Assembly: GCA_903885445.1 (NCBI GenBank)
Contig: CAISIO010000029.1
Coordinates: forward strand, 1 to 38,380
From: Candidatus Staskawiczbacteria bacterium
GTDB lineage: Bacteria > Patescibacteriota > Minisyncoccia > Minisyncoccales > Staskawiczbacteraceae
Length of the DNA stretch: 38,380 bases
Direction of reading: 5' to 3'
Part shown: one piece after another, positions 7,713 to 16,239 of the stretch
Layout of the letters: every line of letters begins with the position of its first letter
Numbering within the stretch: the first letter of the stretch is position 1
Program-made: the position numbers and the translations under genes
The notes under the pieces: model-generated
What the model was told of the DNA's origin: nothing
Seen by the model: the letters and a program-made list of their open reading frames with translations, nothing else
The model's database searches: none

Positions 7713-10253
7713 ATGAATTTTGAACTCAAAAATACAAAAATTTTTCGGGCAGTGAAAAGGGCTAATTTCCCATTGCTTAGATTCGCAAAAATTTTAAGGA
7801 ATATTTTTTTGATTTCATTTTTGGTAGCGTTTTTATCCGCAGGGTTTTCTTTTTTGAGCTTTAATTCAACCAGGACTTTAGCTCTATTTTTTTCGTTGGC
7901 CCTCTTTTTTTGGAATGTTAATTTGTTCAGGGAGCTGGAGATTAGAGAGCCAAAGGATAATTTGGGAATAACAGATGCGACTTTAAATCCCGATGAATAT
8001 AACTTGGCGGAATTTCTGGGTTTTGAAACGACAAAAATTGTTTTGGATGCGATTAAGTTTTGCAAGAAAAAAAGGATTCAGGTTAATTCAACGGCGCTTT
8101 TTTATTCTGCTATAAAATTCAGTAAAGATATTAACCTGATTTGCTTCCGTTTGGGACTAAACCATAGGAAGCTGCTGTCTGACGCAAAAAATTATTTAGA
8201 GAAAATTCCCAAACAGAGCGAACAAGGAGATATATTTTCGAATGATTTTCAGGAGGCGATAAAGTACGCCTTTGAAACTGCCGTCGCAAGGAAGCATAAA
8301 TTTATCGGCAAAGAAGAAATATTGACCGGTTTGGCTAAAAGCGATGAATTTTTTAAGCAGGTTTTGATAAATTACGACTTAAAACCGGAAGATGTTGAGA
8401 GCCTGACTTTGTGGTTAGATTCCGCGGAAGATTTAGCGGAAAGAAGCAGGAAGTTTTGGACATACGAAAATCTTGTAAAAAAAGGTTCTTTTGGCAAAAA
8501 TTTTTCATCCGGTTACACCGTAACCTTGGACAAATATTCTGTTGATTGGAAAAAAGTTGTTTCAAAATGGAAATTCAGAGAAATCATCGGCCACAAAAAA
8601 GAAATAGAAGAAACAGAAGTAATTTTGGCCAAGTCTAATTTGTCGAATGTTTTGATAGTCGGCGACCAGGGTACGGGCAGGAAAAGCATAGTTGAGGCGC
8701 TCGCCCAGAAATGTTATTTGGGGACATCATTGCCGGAATTAAATAATAAAAGAGTCGTTGAATTGGATGCTGTTATGTTGGCCGCCCAGGTTCCTGATTT
8801 TGAGAAACTTGAATCTACGTTAGACCAGATATTTTCCGAAGTTACCGCTTCGGGAAATGTAATTTTGGTGATTGACGACATCGAAAATTTTGTTGGCCAA
8901 AAAGTGCAAAAAGCCGGAGCTTTTGATATTTCCGGGATGCTTTCCAAATACCTGCCAATTCCTAAATTTCAATTTGTCGGGATAACAACCTACGAGGGTC
9001 TGCATGAAAACATCGAAAAAAACGTTTCTTTCGCCAGTTTATTTGAGAAAGTAGAGGTTTCTGAAGTTACCGAGGCTGAAACAATAAATATTCTGCAATC
9101 AGCATCCTTGGAAGAGGAATATGAACACAAGGTTTTGGTTTTGTATCCTAGCATTAGGGAGATAGTAAATCTTGCGGCTCGGTATATGCCGTCTTTGCCT
9201 TTTCCTAAAAAAGCGTTGGATATTTTAGACGAGGCAGTTGTTTATGTGCAAAAGTTGAGGGAAAAGGTTGTTTTGCCCCATCATATTGCCGAAATTGTTT
9301 CTAAAAAAACAGACATACCGGTAGGCAAAATGGAAGTTAAAGAAAAAGAAGTCTTGCTTAATTTAGAGAATTTAATTCATGGAAGGATTGTAAATCAGGC
9401 GGAAGCGGTGAGCGAAATTTCTATAGCAATGCGAAGGGCAAGAATGGGGCTTGCCTCAAAGACAAGGCCGATGGGAACATTTATGTTTATGGGGCCGACC
9501 GGCGTGGGCAAAACCGAAACAGCTAAAGCCTTGGCTGAAATTTATTTTGGTTCCGAGAAAAAAATGATACGGCTGGATATGTCTGAGTTCCAAGCAATTT
9601 CGGATATTCCAAGATTAATCGGCGCGACTTCTCCGGTTGAAATGCAGGGACTTTTAACAACTCCGGTGCGAGAAACTCCATTTTCTTTAATTTTATTAGA
9701 TGAGATAGAAAAGGCTCATCCTAATATTTTAAATTTGTTTTTACAGGTTTTAGACGAGGGCAATATAACAGACGGCCAAGGCAGAAAAGTTGTTTTCACA
9801 AACACTATAATTATTTGTACGTCCAACGCCGGAGCTGATATGATTTTTAAACAAGTGGAAGAAAACCTGCCAATCGAAAAAGACAAATTATTGGATTATC
9901 TTTTCGAGAAAAATATTTTCAGGCCGGAATTTATAAACCGTTTTGACGCCACGGTGATTTTCCATCCCTTAACAAAAGAAAATCTTTTGCAGATTGCCCA
10001 ACTGTCGTTGCGGGGGTTGCAAAAAAGCTTAAAGGAAAAAGATATTGGTTTTGAAATTACAGAGGCATTAAAAGAGAAAATTGTTGAATTATCTTATAAG
10101 CCTGAGTTTGGCGCCAGAGAGATGAGGAGGGTTATTCAGGATAAAGTAGAAAGCGCGGTGGCGGGAGCTCTATTGTCAGACAAAATTAAAAAAGGGGACA
10201 GAATTGAAATTAATCCGGAAAACTTTGAAGCGACAGTTAATCCGGTCAAATAG
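7713..10253 (+). CDS. ClpA/B-family AAA+ ATPase with N-terminal TM segments
   Basis: NBD2 GPTGVGKT, RLDMSE, LLDEIEKAHP, FRPEFINR, FGAR; degenerate NBD1 (GDQGTGRKS, VIDDIE); start placed at ATG 7713. Confidence 0.9.
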   Translation: MNFELKNTKIFRAVKRANFPLLRFAKILRNIFLISFLVAFLSAGFSFLSFNSTRTLALFFSLALFFWNVNLFRELEIREPKDNLGITDATLNPDEYNLAEFLGFETTKIVLDAIKFCKKKRIQVNSTALFYSAIKFSKDINLICFRLGLNHRKLLSDAKNYLEKIPKQSEQGDIFSNDFQEAIKYAFETAVARKHKFIGKEEILTGLAKSDEFFKQVLINYDLKPEDVESLTLWLDSAEDLAERSRKFWTYENLVKKGSFGKNFSSGYTVTLDKYSVDWKKVVSKWKFREIIGHKKEIEETEVILAKSNLSNVLIVGDQGTGRKSIVEALAQKCYLGTSLPELNNKRVVELDAVMLAAQVPDFEKLESTLDQIFSEVTASGNVILVIDDIENFVGQKVQKAGAFDISGMLSKYLPIPKFQFVGITTYEGLHENIEKNVSFASLFEKVEVSEVTEAETINILQSASLEEEYEHKVLVLYPSIREIVNLAARYMPSLPFPKKALDILDEAVVYVQKLREKVVLPHHIAEIVSKKTDIPVGKMEVKEKEVLLNLENLIHGRIVNQAEAVSEISIAMRRARMGLASKTRPMGTFMFMGPTGVGKTETAKALAEIYFGSEKKMIRLDMSEFQAISDIPRLIGATSPVEMQGLLTTPVRETPFSLILLDEIEKAHPNILNLFLQVLDEGNITDGQGRKVVFTNTIIICTSNAGADMIFKQVEENLPIEKDKLLDYLFEKNIFRPEFINRFDATVIFHPLTKENLLQIAQLSLRGLQKSLKEKDIGFEITEALKEKIVELSYKPEFGAREMRRVIQDKVESAVAGALLSDKIKKGDRIEINPENFEATVNPVK

Positions 10254-10263
10254 AATTTAATAT

Positions 10264-10293
10264 AAAGCGCCGCCCACAAGGCGGTGTTTTTTT
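10264..10293 (+). terminator. Intrinsic terminator
   Basis: AAAGCGCCGCC-loop-GGCGGTGTTT followed by a T run. Confidence 0.8.
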
Positions 10294-10333
10294 GTGAAAT
10301 AGCCATTGTGCGACAATAATCATGAAACGCAAC

Positions 10334-10451
10334 TGTGGATAACTTGGGCAAAAAACCCGATTTTGAGACTATTTTTAACAAAATCTTGATGGTGTTGACT
10401 GTACCCTATAAAGTGGAGTATAAAGAATATGAAATGGGTACTTGTGGATAA
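10334..10451. promoter_or_regulatory. Two perfect DnaA boxes upstream of mraZ
   Basis: TGTGGATAA (reverse complement of TTATCCACA) at 10334-10342 and 10443-10451. Confidence 0.55.
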
Positions 10452-10458
10452 AGGTGGG
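10395..10458 (+). promoter_or_regulatory. dcw promoter and MraZ operator repeats
   Basis: TTGACT, 18 nt, TATAAA; ATGGG/GTGGA/GTGGG at 10434, 10444 and 10454 (10-nt period, as known for MraZ boxes). Confidence 0.7.
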
Positions 10459-10500
10459 AAAACTACCAAAACAGGTGCATAACTATATATACTTATTTTT

Positions 10501-10932
10501 ATGTTGATAGGACAATACGAACACACGATTGACGTCAAAAAGCGCTTAGCCTTGCCTGCAAAGTTCAGGGGAGAGCTTGGAGACAAAATAGTAATCACAA
10601 GAGGAATTGAGGGCTGTCTTGCCGTATATACAGAGGCAGAATGGAAAATAATGTCAGATAAGTTGGGAGCCTTAACTATAAGCCAGGCGGAAGCAAGGTC
10701 TTTTACCAGAATGATTTTAGCGGGAGCTATGGAAGTTTCCTTGGATAAATTGGGCAGAATACTGGTGCCCGATTATTTGAAAGAATATGCCGGGCTTCGC
10801 AAAAATGTTGTAATTTGCGGGCTGTCCAACAGATTAGAAATTTGGGATTCTGAAAAGTGGGAAACCTATAAAAAGTCGGCTGAAAAAGGAGTTGATGAAA
10901 TTGTTTCAAAATTAGGAGGGTTGGGAATTTAG
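10501..10932 (+). CDS. mraZ: Division/cell wall cluster repressor MraZ
   Basis: GQYEHTIDVKKRLALPAKFR, LDKLGRILVP, RLEIW. Confidence 0.96.
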   Translation: MLIGQYEHTIDVKKRLALPAKFRGELGDKIVITRGIEGCLAVYTEAEWKIMSDKLGALTISQAEARSFTRMILAGAMEVSLDKLGRILVPDYLKEYAGLRKNVVICGLSNRLEIWDSEKWETYKKSAEKGVDEIVSKLGGLGI

Positions 10933-10934
10933 CC

Positions 10935-11822
10935 ATGATACATTCAGCAGTTCTTAAAAAAGAAGTTTTAGAATATCTGGACCCGAAGCCCAATGAAAAT
11001 TTTGTTGATTGCACGATCGGCGAGGGCGGGCATTCGGAAGATATATTAAATAAAAATGGCCCGGACGGAAAAGTTTTGGGAATTGATTTGGACCCGCAAC
11101 AAATTGTAGCCAGCCAATGGTTGCATGTTCAGTTTAAAGACAGGATAATTTTAGCGAATGATTCTTATACAAACTTAACGGAAATCGCGCAAAGGAAAGG
11201 ATTGGGGATAATTAACGGAATTTTGTTGGATTTGGGAATGTCGTCGGCGCAGCTGGAAGGAACGCACAAAGGATTCTCTTTTCAGGTAGACCAGGGCTTG
11301 GATATGAGGTATAACGATGACGCAAATTATATGACCGCGGAAAAGGTTGTCAACGAATGGTCTGAAGAGAAAATTGCAGAGACTTTGGAAAATTACGGAG
11401 AAGAAAAATTTGCCAAAAAAATTGCGAAAGCCATCGTGGAACAAAGAAAGCAGGGAAGAATTAAAACCACATTCCAATTAATAGAAATTATTAAAGAAGC
11501 GACGCCTCCGGCGTACTGGAGAGGGAAAATTCATTATGCGACAAGAACGTTTCAGGCTTTGAGGATTGCGGTGAACGATGAATTGGAAAATATAAAAAGA
11601 GTTTTGCCGCAGGCAGTTTCGCTTTTAGCTCCCGAAGGACGGCTTGTGGTCATATCATTCCATTCTTTAGAAGACAGGATTGTTAAAAATTTCCTGGCGA
11701 ACGAATTTAAAAAGGGAATTGTAAAAATATTAACTAAAAAACCAATTACAGCGAGCAGGGATGAACTTGGGAAAAACCCAAGGGCGAGATCCGCGAAGCT
11801 GAGAGTGGCAATAAAAATTTAG
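10935..11822 (+). CDS. rsmH: 16S rRNA m4C1402 methyltransferase
   Basis: DCTIGEGGHS, LLDLGMSS, FQALRIAVNDEL, ISFHSLEDRIVK, NPRARSAKLR. Confidence 0.97.
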   Translation: MIHSAVLKKEVLEYLDPKPNENFVDCTIGEGGHSEDILNKNGPDGKVLGIDLDPQQIVASQWLHVQFKDRIILANDSYTNLTEIAQRKGLGIINGILLDLGMSSAQLEGTHKGFSFQVDQGLDMRYNDDANYMTAEKVVNEWSEEKIAETLENYGEEKFAKKIAKAIVEQRKQGRIKTTFQLIEIIKEATPPAYWRGKIHYATRTFQALRIAVNDELENIKRVLPQAVSLLAPEGRLVVISFHSLEDRIVKNFLANEFKKGIVKILTKKPITASRDELGKNPRARSAKLRVAIKI

Positions 11823-11823
11823 T

Positions 11824-12207
11824 ATGACAACAGCAGTATTGGGTTATTTAAAAGTCCAAAGAAAAATACAAACCAAGATCAGCTCGGCGGCGCTTCCTAC
11901 GATAAATTGGAAAGCAGTTTGTTTCATCGGATTTTTTCTGGCGTTGCCCCTGCTAGTTTTTTATGTTTTTCAGATAAATGACTTAACGAGAGGGTCGTAT
12001 CTGGTGAACAGTTATGAAAAACAGATTATCAAAATTTCCGAGGAAAATAAAACATTGCAGGTTTCTTTCGCGGAAAGCAGTTTTTTGGGGCAGGCTCTGG
12101 AAAAAGTAAAAGCATTAAATTTTCAAAAAATAAACTCAGCTTCAGTAAAGTATATGCAGATTCCAGACGATTCGGTCGCGGTAATTTCTGCTGGCACTAT
12201 TAGATGA
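11824..12207 (+). CDS. FtsL-like cell division protein
   Basis: Single TM plus coiled coil, located between rsmH and a class B PBP. Confidence 0.65.
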   Translation: MTTAVLGYLKVQRKIQTKISSAALPTINWKAVCFIGFFLALPLLVFYVFQINDLTRGSYLVNSYEKQIIKISEENKTLQVSFAESSFLGQALEKVKALNFQKINSASVKYMQIPDDSVAVISAGTIR

Positions 12208-13922
12208 AAAAGCCCAGCAATTGGCGGATAAACACAATTTTAATTTTTATTATAATATTCGGGGCAGCCATTATAAGCCGCCTGTTTTTTCTGCAGGTTT
12301 TGGAACGCAAGCTTTTTGCTTCACAGGCCTTGGGCCAGCAAGTGGCTTTTAACAGTATTACTGGTTCGCGAGGACAAATTTTCTGCGTGAACAGCCAGGA
12401 AAGCAAAGGTGTTCATGGTTCGGGAGAAGTGAAAAGTTTAGCCATAAACAAAGACAGCTGGACAATATCTGCAAATCCAAAAGACATCTTAGACAAGCCG
12501 GCCTTCGCTGAATCCTTAAGCATGGCTGTTAGTGACTCGCAAGAGCAGATACTTTCAGAATTAGGCGGCCAGGAATCGTATGTAATTTTGAAAAAGGACT
12601 TGTCTTCAGACGAGTTAAGTAAAGTCAAAAAATTAAATCTTAAAGGCTTGTCGTGGCAGAATGCAGCCGACAGGTTTTATCCGCAAGGAGAGATGCTTTC
12701 GCAAACTTTGGGATTTTTGGGCGGAGCCGGGGCGGGCCAATACGGCGTTGAGGGCTATTACGAAGACACTTTAAAGGGCGAGGTGGGTGTCCGGGAAGAA
12801 AAATCGGGGTTGGACTCAATTTTTTCGAACGGCAACCAAGCGTCTTTTGAAGGATCGGATGTTTATCTGACAATTGATTATAATATACAGTTTCAGGCCG
12901 AAGAATTATTAAAACAAGAGCAGAAAAAAGACGATATAGATTCCGGCCAGATAATAGTTATGAGGCCCGATACCGGGAGGATTTTAGCTTTAGCGAATTT
13001 TCCAAATTTTAACCCTAATCAATATTCGAAGGAAAATGATTTGGATATTTTTCAGAATTCGGCCGTCCAAAAGCTTTTTGAGCCCGGTTCCATAATGAAA
13101 CCCTTTACGATGGCAGCCGCGTTAAACGAAGGCAAAATAATTCCCGACACAACCTATACAGACACGGGAGTTGTCAATTTTGGTACAAAATCAATTCATA
13201 ATTTTGCTAACGAGGTTTATGGGAAGCAAACAATGACTCAAGTCTTGGAAAACTCCATTAATACAGGCGCGGTTTTCGTCGAGCAGCAAATTTCTCATGA
13301 TGTATTTTTCAGTTATATTGATAAATTCGGTTTCACCGAAAAGACCGGAATCGATTTACGGGGCGAGGTTTCTTCGCACAACGACAGTTTAAAAAGCGGG
13401 CCGGATATGAACTATGCAACAGCTTCGTTCGGGCAGGGAATAGAGCTTACTCCTCTTCAGATTGCCAGGGGTTTTTGCGCGATCGCTAATGGGGGGAAAC
13501 TGGTAAGACCGTATATTGTTGAGAAAATTGTAAACGGAAAGGACGGAACCGATGCAAGACCGGAAATTTCTGATCCAATTATTACCCAACAAACTCTTTC
13601 GCAACTGAACTCGATGTTGATTAATGTTGTTGACAAGGGGTTTAACAGCGTGGCGAAAATTCCGGGATATTATTTGGCAGGAAAAACGGGGACAGCCCAG
13701 GTCCCGTTGAAAAAAGGAAAGGGGTACGAAGCGGATAAAACTATTCAAAGTTTTGTCGGATATGGCCCGGCTTTTAATCCGCAGTTTTTAATATTAGTGA
13801 AACTAGATAATCCGAAAGTTCCCAAATCTGCGCTTTCTGCTGTTCCAGTTTTCAAGGAATTGGCGCAATATATAATAAATTACTGGCACATTCCGCCCGA
13901 CTACGACGCTAACGCAAAGTAA
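12204..13922 (+). CDS. Class B penicillin-binding protein (FtsI/PBP2 family)
   Basis: EPGSIMK (SxxK), SIN (SxN), GKTGTAQ (KTG); dimerisation domain; dcw position. Confidence 0.93.
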   Translation: MKKPSNWRINTILIFIIIFGAAIISRLFFLQVLERKLFASQALGQQVAFNSITGSRGQIFCVNSQESKGVHGSGEVKSLAINKDSWTISANPKDILDKPAFAESLSMAVSDSQEQILSELGGQESYVILKKDLSSDELSKVKKLNLKGLSWQNAADRFYPQGEMLSQTLGFLGGAGAGQYGVEGYYEDTLKGEVGVREEKSGLDSIFSNGNQASFEGSDVYLTIDYNIQFQAEELLKQEQKKDDIDSGQIIVMRPDTGRILALANFPNFNPNQYSKENDLDIFQNSAVQKLFEPGSIMKPFTMAAALNEGKIIPDTTYTDTGVVNFGTKSIHNFANEVYGKQTMTQVLENSINTGAVFVEQQISHDVFFSYIDKFGFTEKTGIDLRGEVSSHNDSLKSGPDMNYATASFGQGIELTPLQIARGFCAIANGGKLVRPYIVEKIVNGKDGTDARPEISDPIITQQTLSQLNSMLINVVDKGFNSVAKIPGYYLAGKTGTAQVPLKKGKGYEADKTIQSFVGYGPAFNPQFLILVKLDNPKVPKSALSAVPVFKELAQYIINYWHIPPDYDANAK

Positions 13923-13931
13923 ACAAGAAAT

Positions 13932-13962
13932 AAAAAAAACAACGCTAAGGCGGTGTTTTTTT
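13932..13962. terminator. Bidirectional terminator between the PBP gene and tRNA-Glu
   Basis: A8-CAACGC-TAAG-GCGGTG-T run between convergent genes. Confidence 0.65.
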
Positions 13963-13966
13963 AGTG

Positions 13967-14041
13967 TGGCCCCAACCAGATTTGAACTGGTGTTTTTTGG
14001 TTGAGAACCAAACATCCTAGACCAGGCTAGATGATGGGGCC
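13967..14041 (-). tRNA. tRNA-Glu(CTC)
   Basis: Reverse strand GGCCCCA/TGGGGCC acceptor, TTTGG-TTCTCAA-CCAAA anticodon arm, ACCAG-TTCAAAT-CTGGT T arm; CCA not encoded. Confidence 0.9.
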
Positions 14042-14119
14042 GATTTATGTTATTTTCTGATTTTAACTCAAATTTTGCTTATTGTCCACAATAGCAATAT
14101 AGCCCGTTTTTTGTTTTAA

Positions 14120-14135
14120 TGGTAAAATACAACAA
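14120..14135 (+). promoter_or_regulatory. Extended -10 promoter, likely leaderless
   Basis: TGG-TAAAAT, then 6 nt, then ATG 14135. Confidence 0.55.
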
Positions 14136-15259
14136 TGGTTAGAGATTTGTTTAGAAATTACGTTTATCCGACCGTTGTTTTCGCGGGTGGAATGATTGGT
14201 GTCGGATTTTTATCCTTGCCATACATCGCTTCGCATGTGGGCATTTGGCTTATGCTTTTGTATTTTTTAATTATTACGGTTTTAGTAGTATCAATTAATC
14301 TGATATTTTGTCAGATAAGTTTGAAAACGCCCGATTTTAAAAGATTTCCAGGATTTGCGAGATATCATCTAGGAAAATGGGGAGGAGCCATCGCCATGGT
14401 CTGCACGATTATCGGGGCGATTGGCTCTCTCTTGGTTTTTTTAATAGTTGGAGGCAGATTTTTGTCTGATATTTTAATCCCGGTTTTAGGCGGGACCGTT
14501 GTTTCGTGTACGATTGTTTATTTTTTAGCCGCCAGTATTATTGTTTATTTGGGTATAAAAATTATTTCGCGCGCGGAGTTATGGATTTTAGGATTTTTAG
14601 TTTTGTCTTTATTGCTTGTTTTTGTAGAAGGATTTTCGCAGATAAAGTTGAGCAATGTATTAATTTCAAATTTTAGATTCCAAACCTCAAATTTATTTTT
14701 GCCGTATGGCCCGATTTTATTCGCGATGTGGGCGGTAGGGCTTATTCCTGAGGTGGAGGAAATGATTGTGGGAAGGAAAAAATTGCTTAAGAAAATTGTG
14801 ACGATTGCCACTATGGCAGTTTCAGTGTTTTACTTTTTATTTATACTTTTGATTTTAAGCATTACGGGCTCTCACACCACAGAAACTGCGCTCACCGGAC
14901 TGAAGGATTTTTTGGGAAGCGACTTGATAATTGTTTCTCTTTTGGCGGGAACTCTGGCGACCTTTGCGGCCTTTATAACCCAAGGAATTATTTTAAAAAA
15001 GGTTTTTATGTATGACCTGGGTGTAAAGCATTGGCAGGCATTTGTGATTGCGTGCTTCCCGCCTCTTATCCTTTTTCTGGTAGGATTTGATTCCTTTATT
15101 TCCATCCTCTCTTTTTTTGGAGGATTTTTCTTCGGCATTTTTGGCATTATGATTTTGATGATGTATAAAAAAATCGGGGGGAAAAACATAATAATTTATC
15201 CGCTGTCGGCAGTTTTTTTATTGGGCATAATTTACGAGTTAATTTATTTTATTAAGTAA
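14135..15259 (+). CDS. Aromatic amino acid permease family transporter
   Basis: GGMIGVGFLSLPY in TM1, LPYGPILFA, about 11 hydrophobic segments. Confidence 0.8.
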   Translation: MVRDLFRNYVYPTVVFAGGMIGVGFLSLPYIASHVGIWLMLLYFLIITVLVVSINLIFCQISLKTPDFKRFPGFARYHLGKWGGAIAMVCTIIGAIGSLLVFLIVGGRFLSDILIPVLGGTVVSCTIVYFLAASIIVYLGIKIISRAELWILGFLVLSLLLVFVEGFSQIKLSNVLISNFRFQTSNLFLPYGPILFAMWAVGLIPEVEEMIVGRKKLLKKIVTIATMAVSVFYFLFILLILSITGSHTTETALTGLKDFLGSDLIIVSLLAGTLATFAAFITQGIILKKVFMYDLGVKHWQAFVIACFPPLILFLVGFDSFISILSFFGGFFFGIFGIMILMMYKKIGGKNIIIYPLSAVFLLGIIYELIYFIK

Positions 15260-15270
15260 GAAGGCAATTT

Positions 15271-16239
15271 ATGATTGTTGAAATAATAATTTTTATCGCG
15301 TCTGTATTTATTCTTTCGTGGTTGAGTTCCAGGTTGGTGGCAACGCTGGTCAACACCGCTAAATATCTTCATTGGAGGGAGTTTATAATTGCTTTTTTTG
15401 TGATGGCATTTGCCGGGTCGCTTCCAAATTTATTTGTCGATATTAACGCCGCCCTGCACGGTTTGCCGCAAATTGCCTTTGGAGATGTTGTCGGAGGAAA
15501 TTTGGTTGACCTGACACTGGTTATGGCGATAGCTATTCTTTTTGGCGCCGGTTCTCTGCCCGCAGAGAGCGAAATGGTGCAAAAATCAGCCATTTTTACA
15601 TCGATAATTGCGGTTTTGCCGATACTTTTAGTTTGGGACGGGAAATTAGACAGGATAGATGGCGTAGTGCTTTTGGGGGCATTTGCTTTGTACACTTTTT
15701 GGTTGTTCTCAAAAGGAGACAGGTTCAAGAAAAAATACGCGGGGCGGCCTAAAAATAATGCGAAAGGGTATTTCTCTTTTTTACTGAACATTGCTAAAAT
15801 AATTATCTTTTTGGGTTTGCTTCTGGCGACTTCTTACTTTATTGTTAATTCTGCCCAGTTTTTTTCTGTCCAATTGGGAATATCATTGTCGCTTGTCGGC
15901 ATTTTGATTATAGGTTTGGGAAATTGTTTTCCTGAGGCTTATTTTTCAATTATATCGGCAAGACGGGGAGAAAACTGGATGGTTCTCGGAGATTTGATGG
16001 GCTCTGTCATAGTTTGCGCGACTTTAGTGCTTGGGATAGTCGCTATGATTTCTCCGTTTGAAATTAACGACCTGTCTCCATTTCTGATTACCAGAATATT
16101 TACAATTGTAGCCTCCCTTATTTTTCTCGTTTTTATAAGAACCGGCAGGAAAGTTACAAAGATGGAGGGCCTGCTTTTCCTTTTTATTTATATTTTGTTT
16201 CTTTTGGTGGAAATATTTCTGCCCAATGTAATTAAATGA
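15271..16239 (+). CDS. Sodium:calcium (CaCA) antiporter
   Basis: Two alpha repeats: AGSLPNL..GDVVGGN and GNCFPE..GDLMGS. Confidence 0.85.
   Translation: MIVEIIIFIASVFILSWLSSRLVATLVNTAKYLHWREFIIAFFVMAFAGSLPNLFVDINAALHGLPQIAFGDVVGGNLVDLTLVMAIAILFGAGSLPAESEMVQKSAIFTSIIAVLPILLVWDGKLDRIDGVVLLGAFALYTFWLFSKGDRFKKKYAGRPKNNAKGYFSFLLNIAKIIIFLGLLLATSYFIVNSAQFFSVQLGISLSLVGILIIGLGNCFPEAYFSIISARRGENWMVLGDLMGSVIVCATLVLGIVAMISPFEINDLSPFLITRIFTIVASLIFLVFIRTGRKVTKMEGLLFLFIYILFLLVEIFLPNVIK

Noticed and set aside
10320-10500. Replication origin
   Set aside because: Only two DnaA boxes and no dnaA or dnaN nearby; better explained as the dcw promoter region
13803-14015. 70-aa minus-strand ORF
   Set aside because: Overlaps tRNA-Glu and the 3' end of the PBP gene
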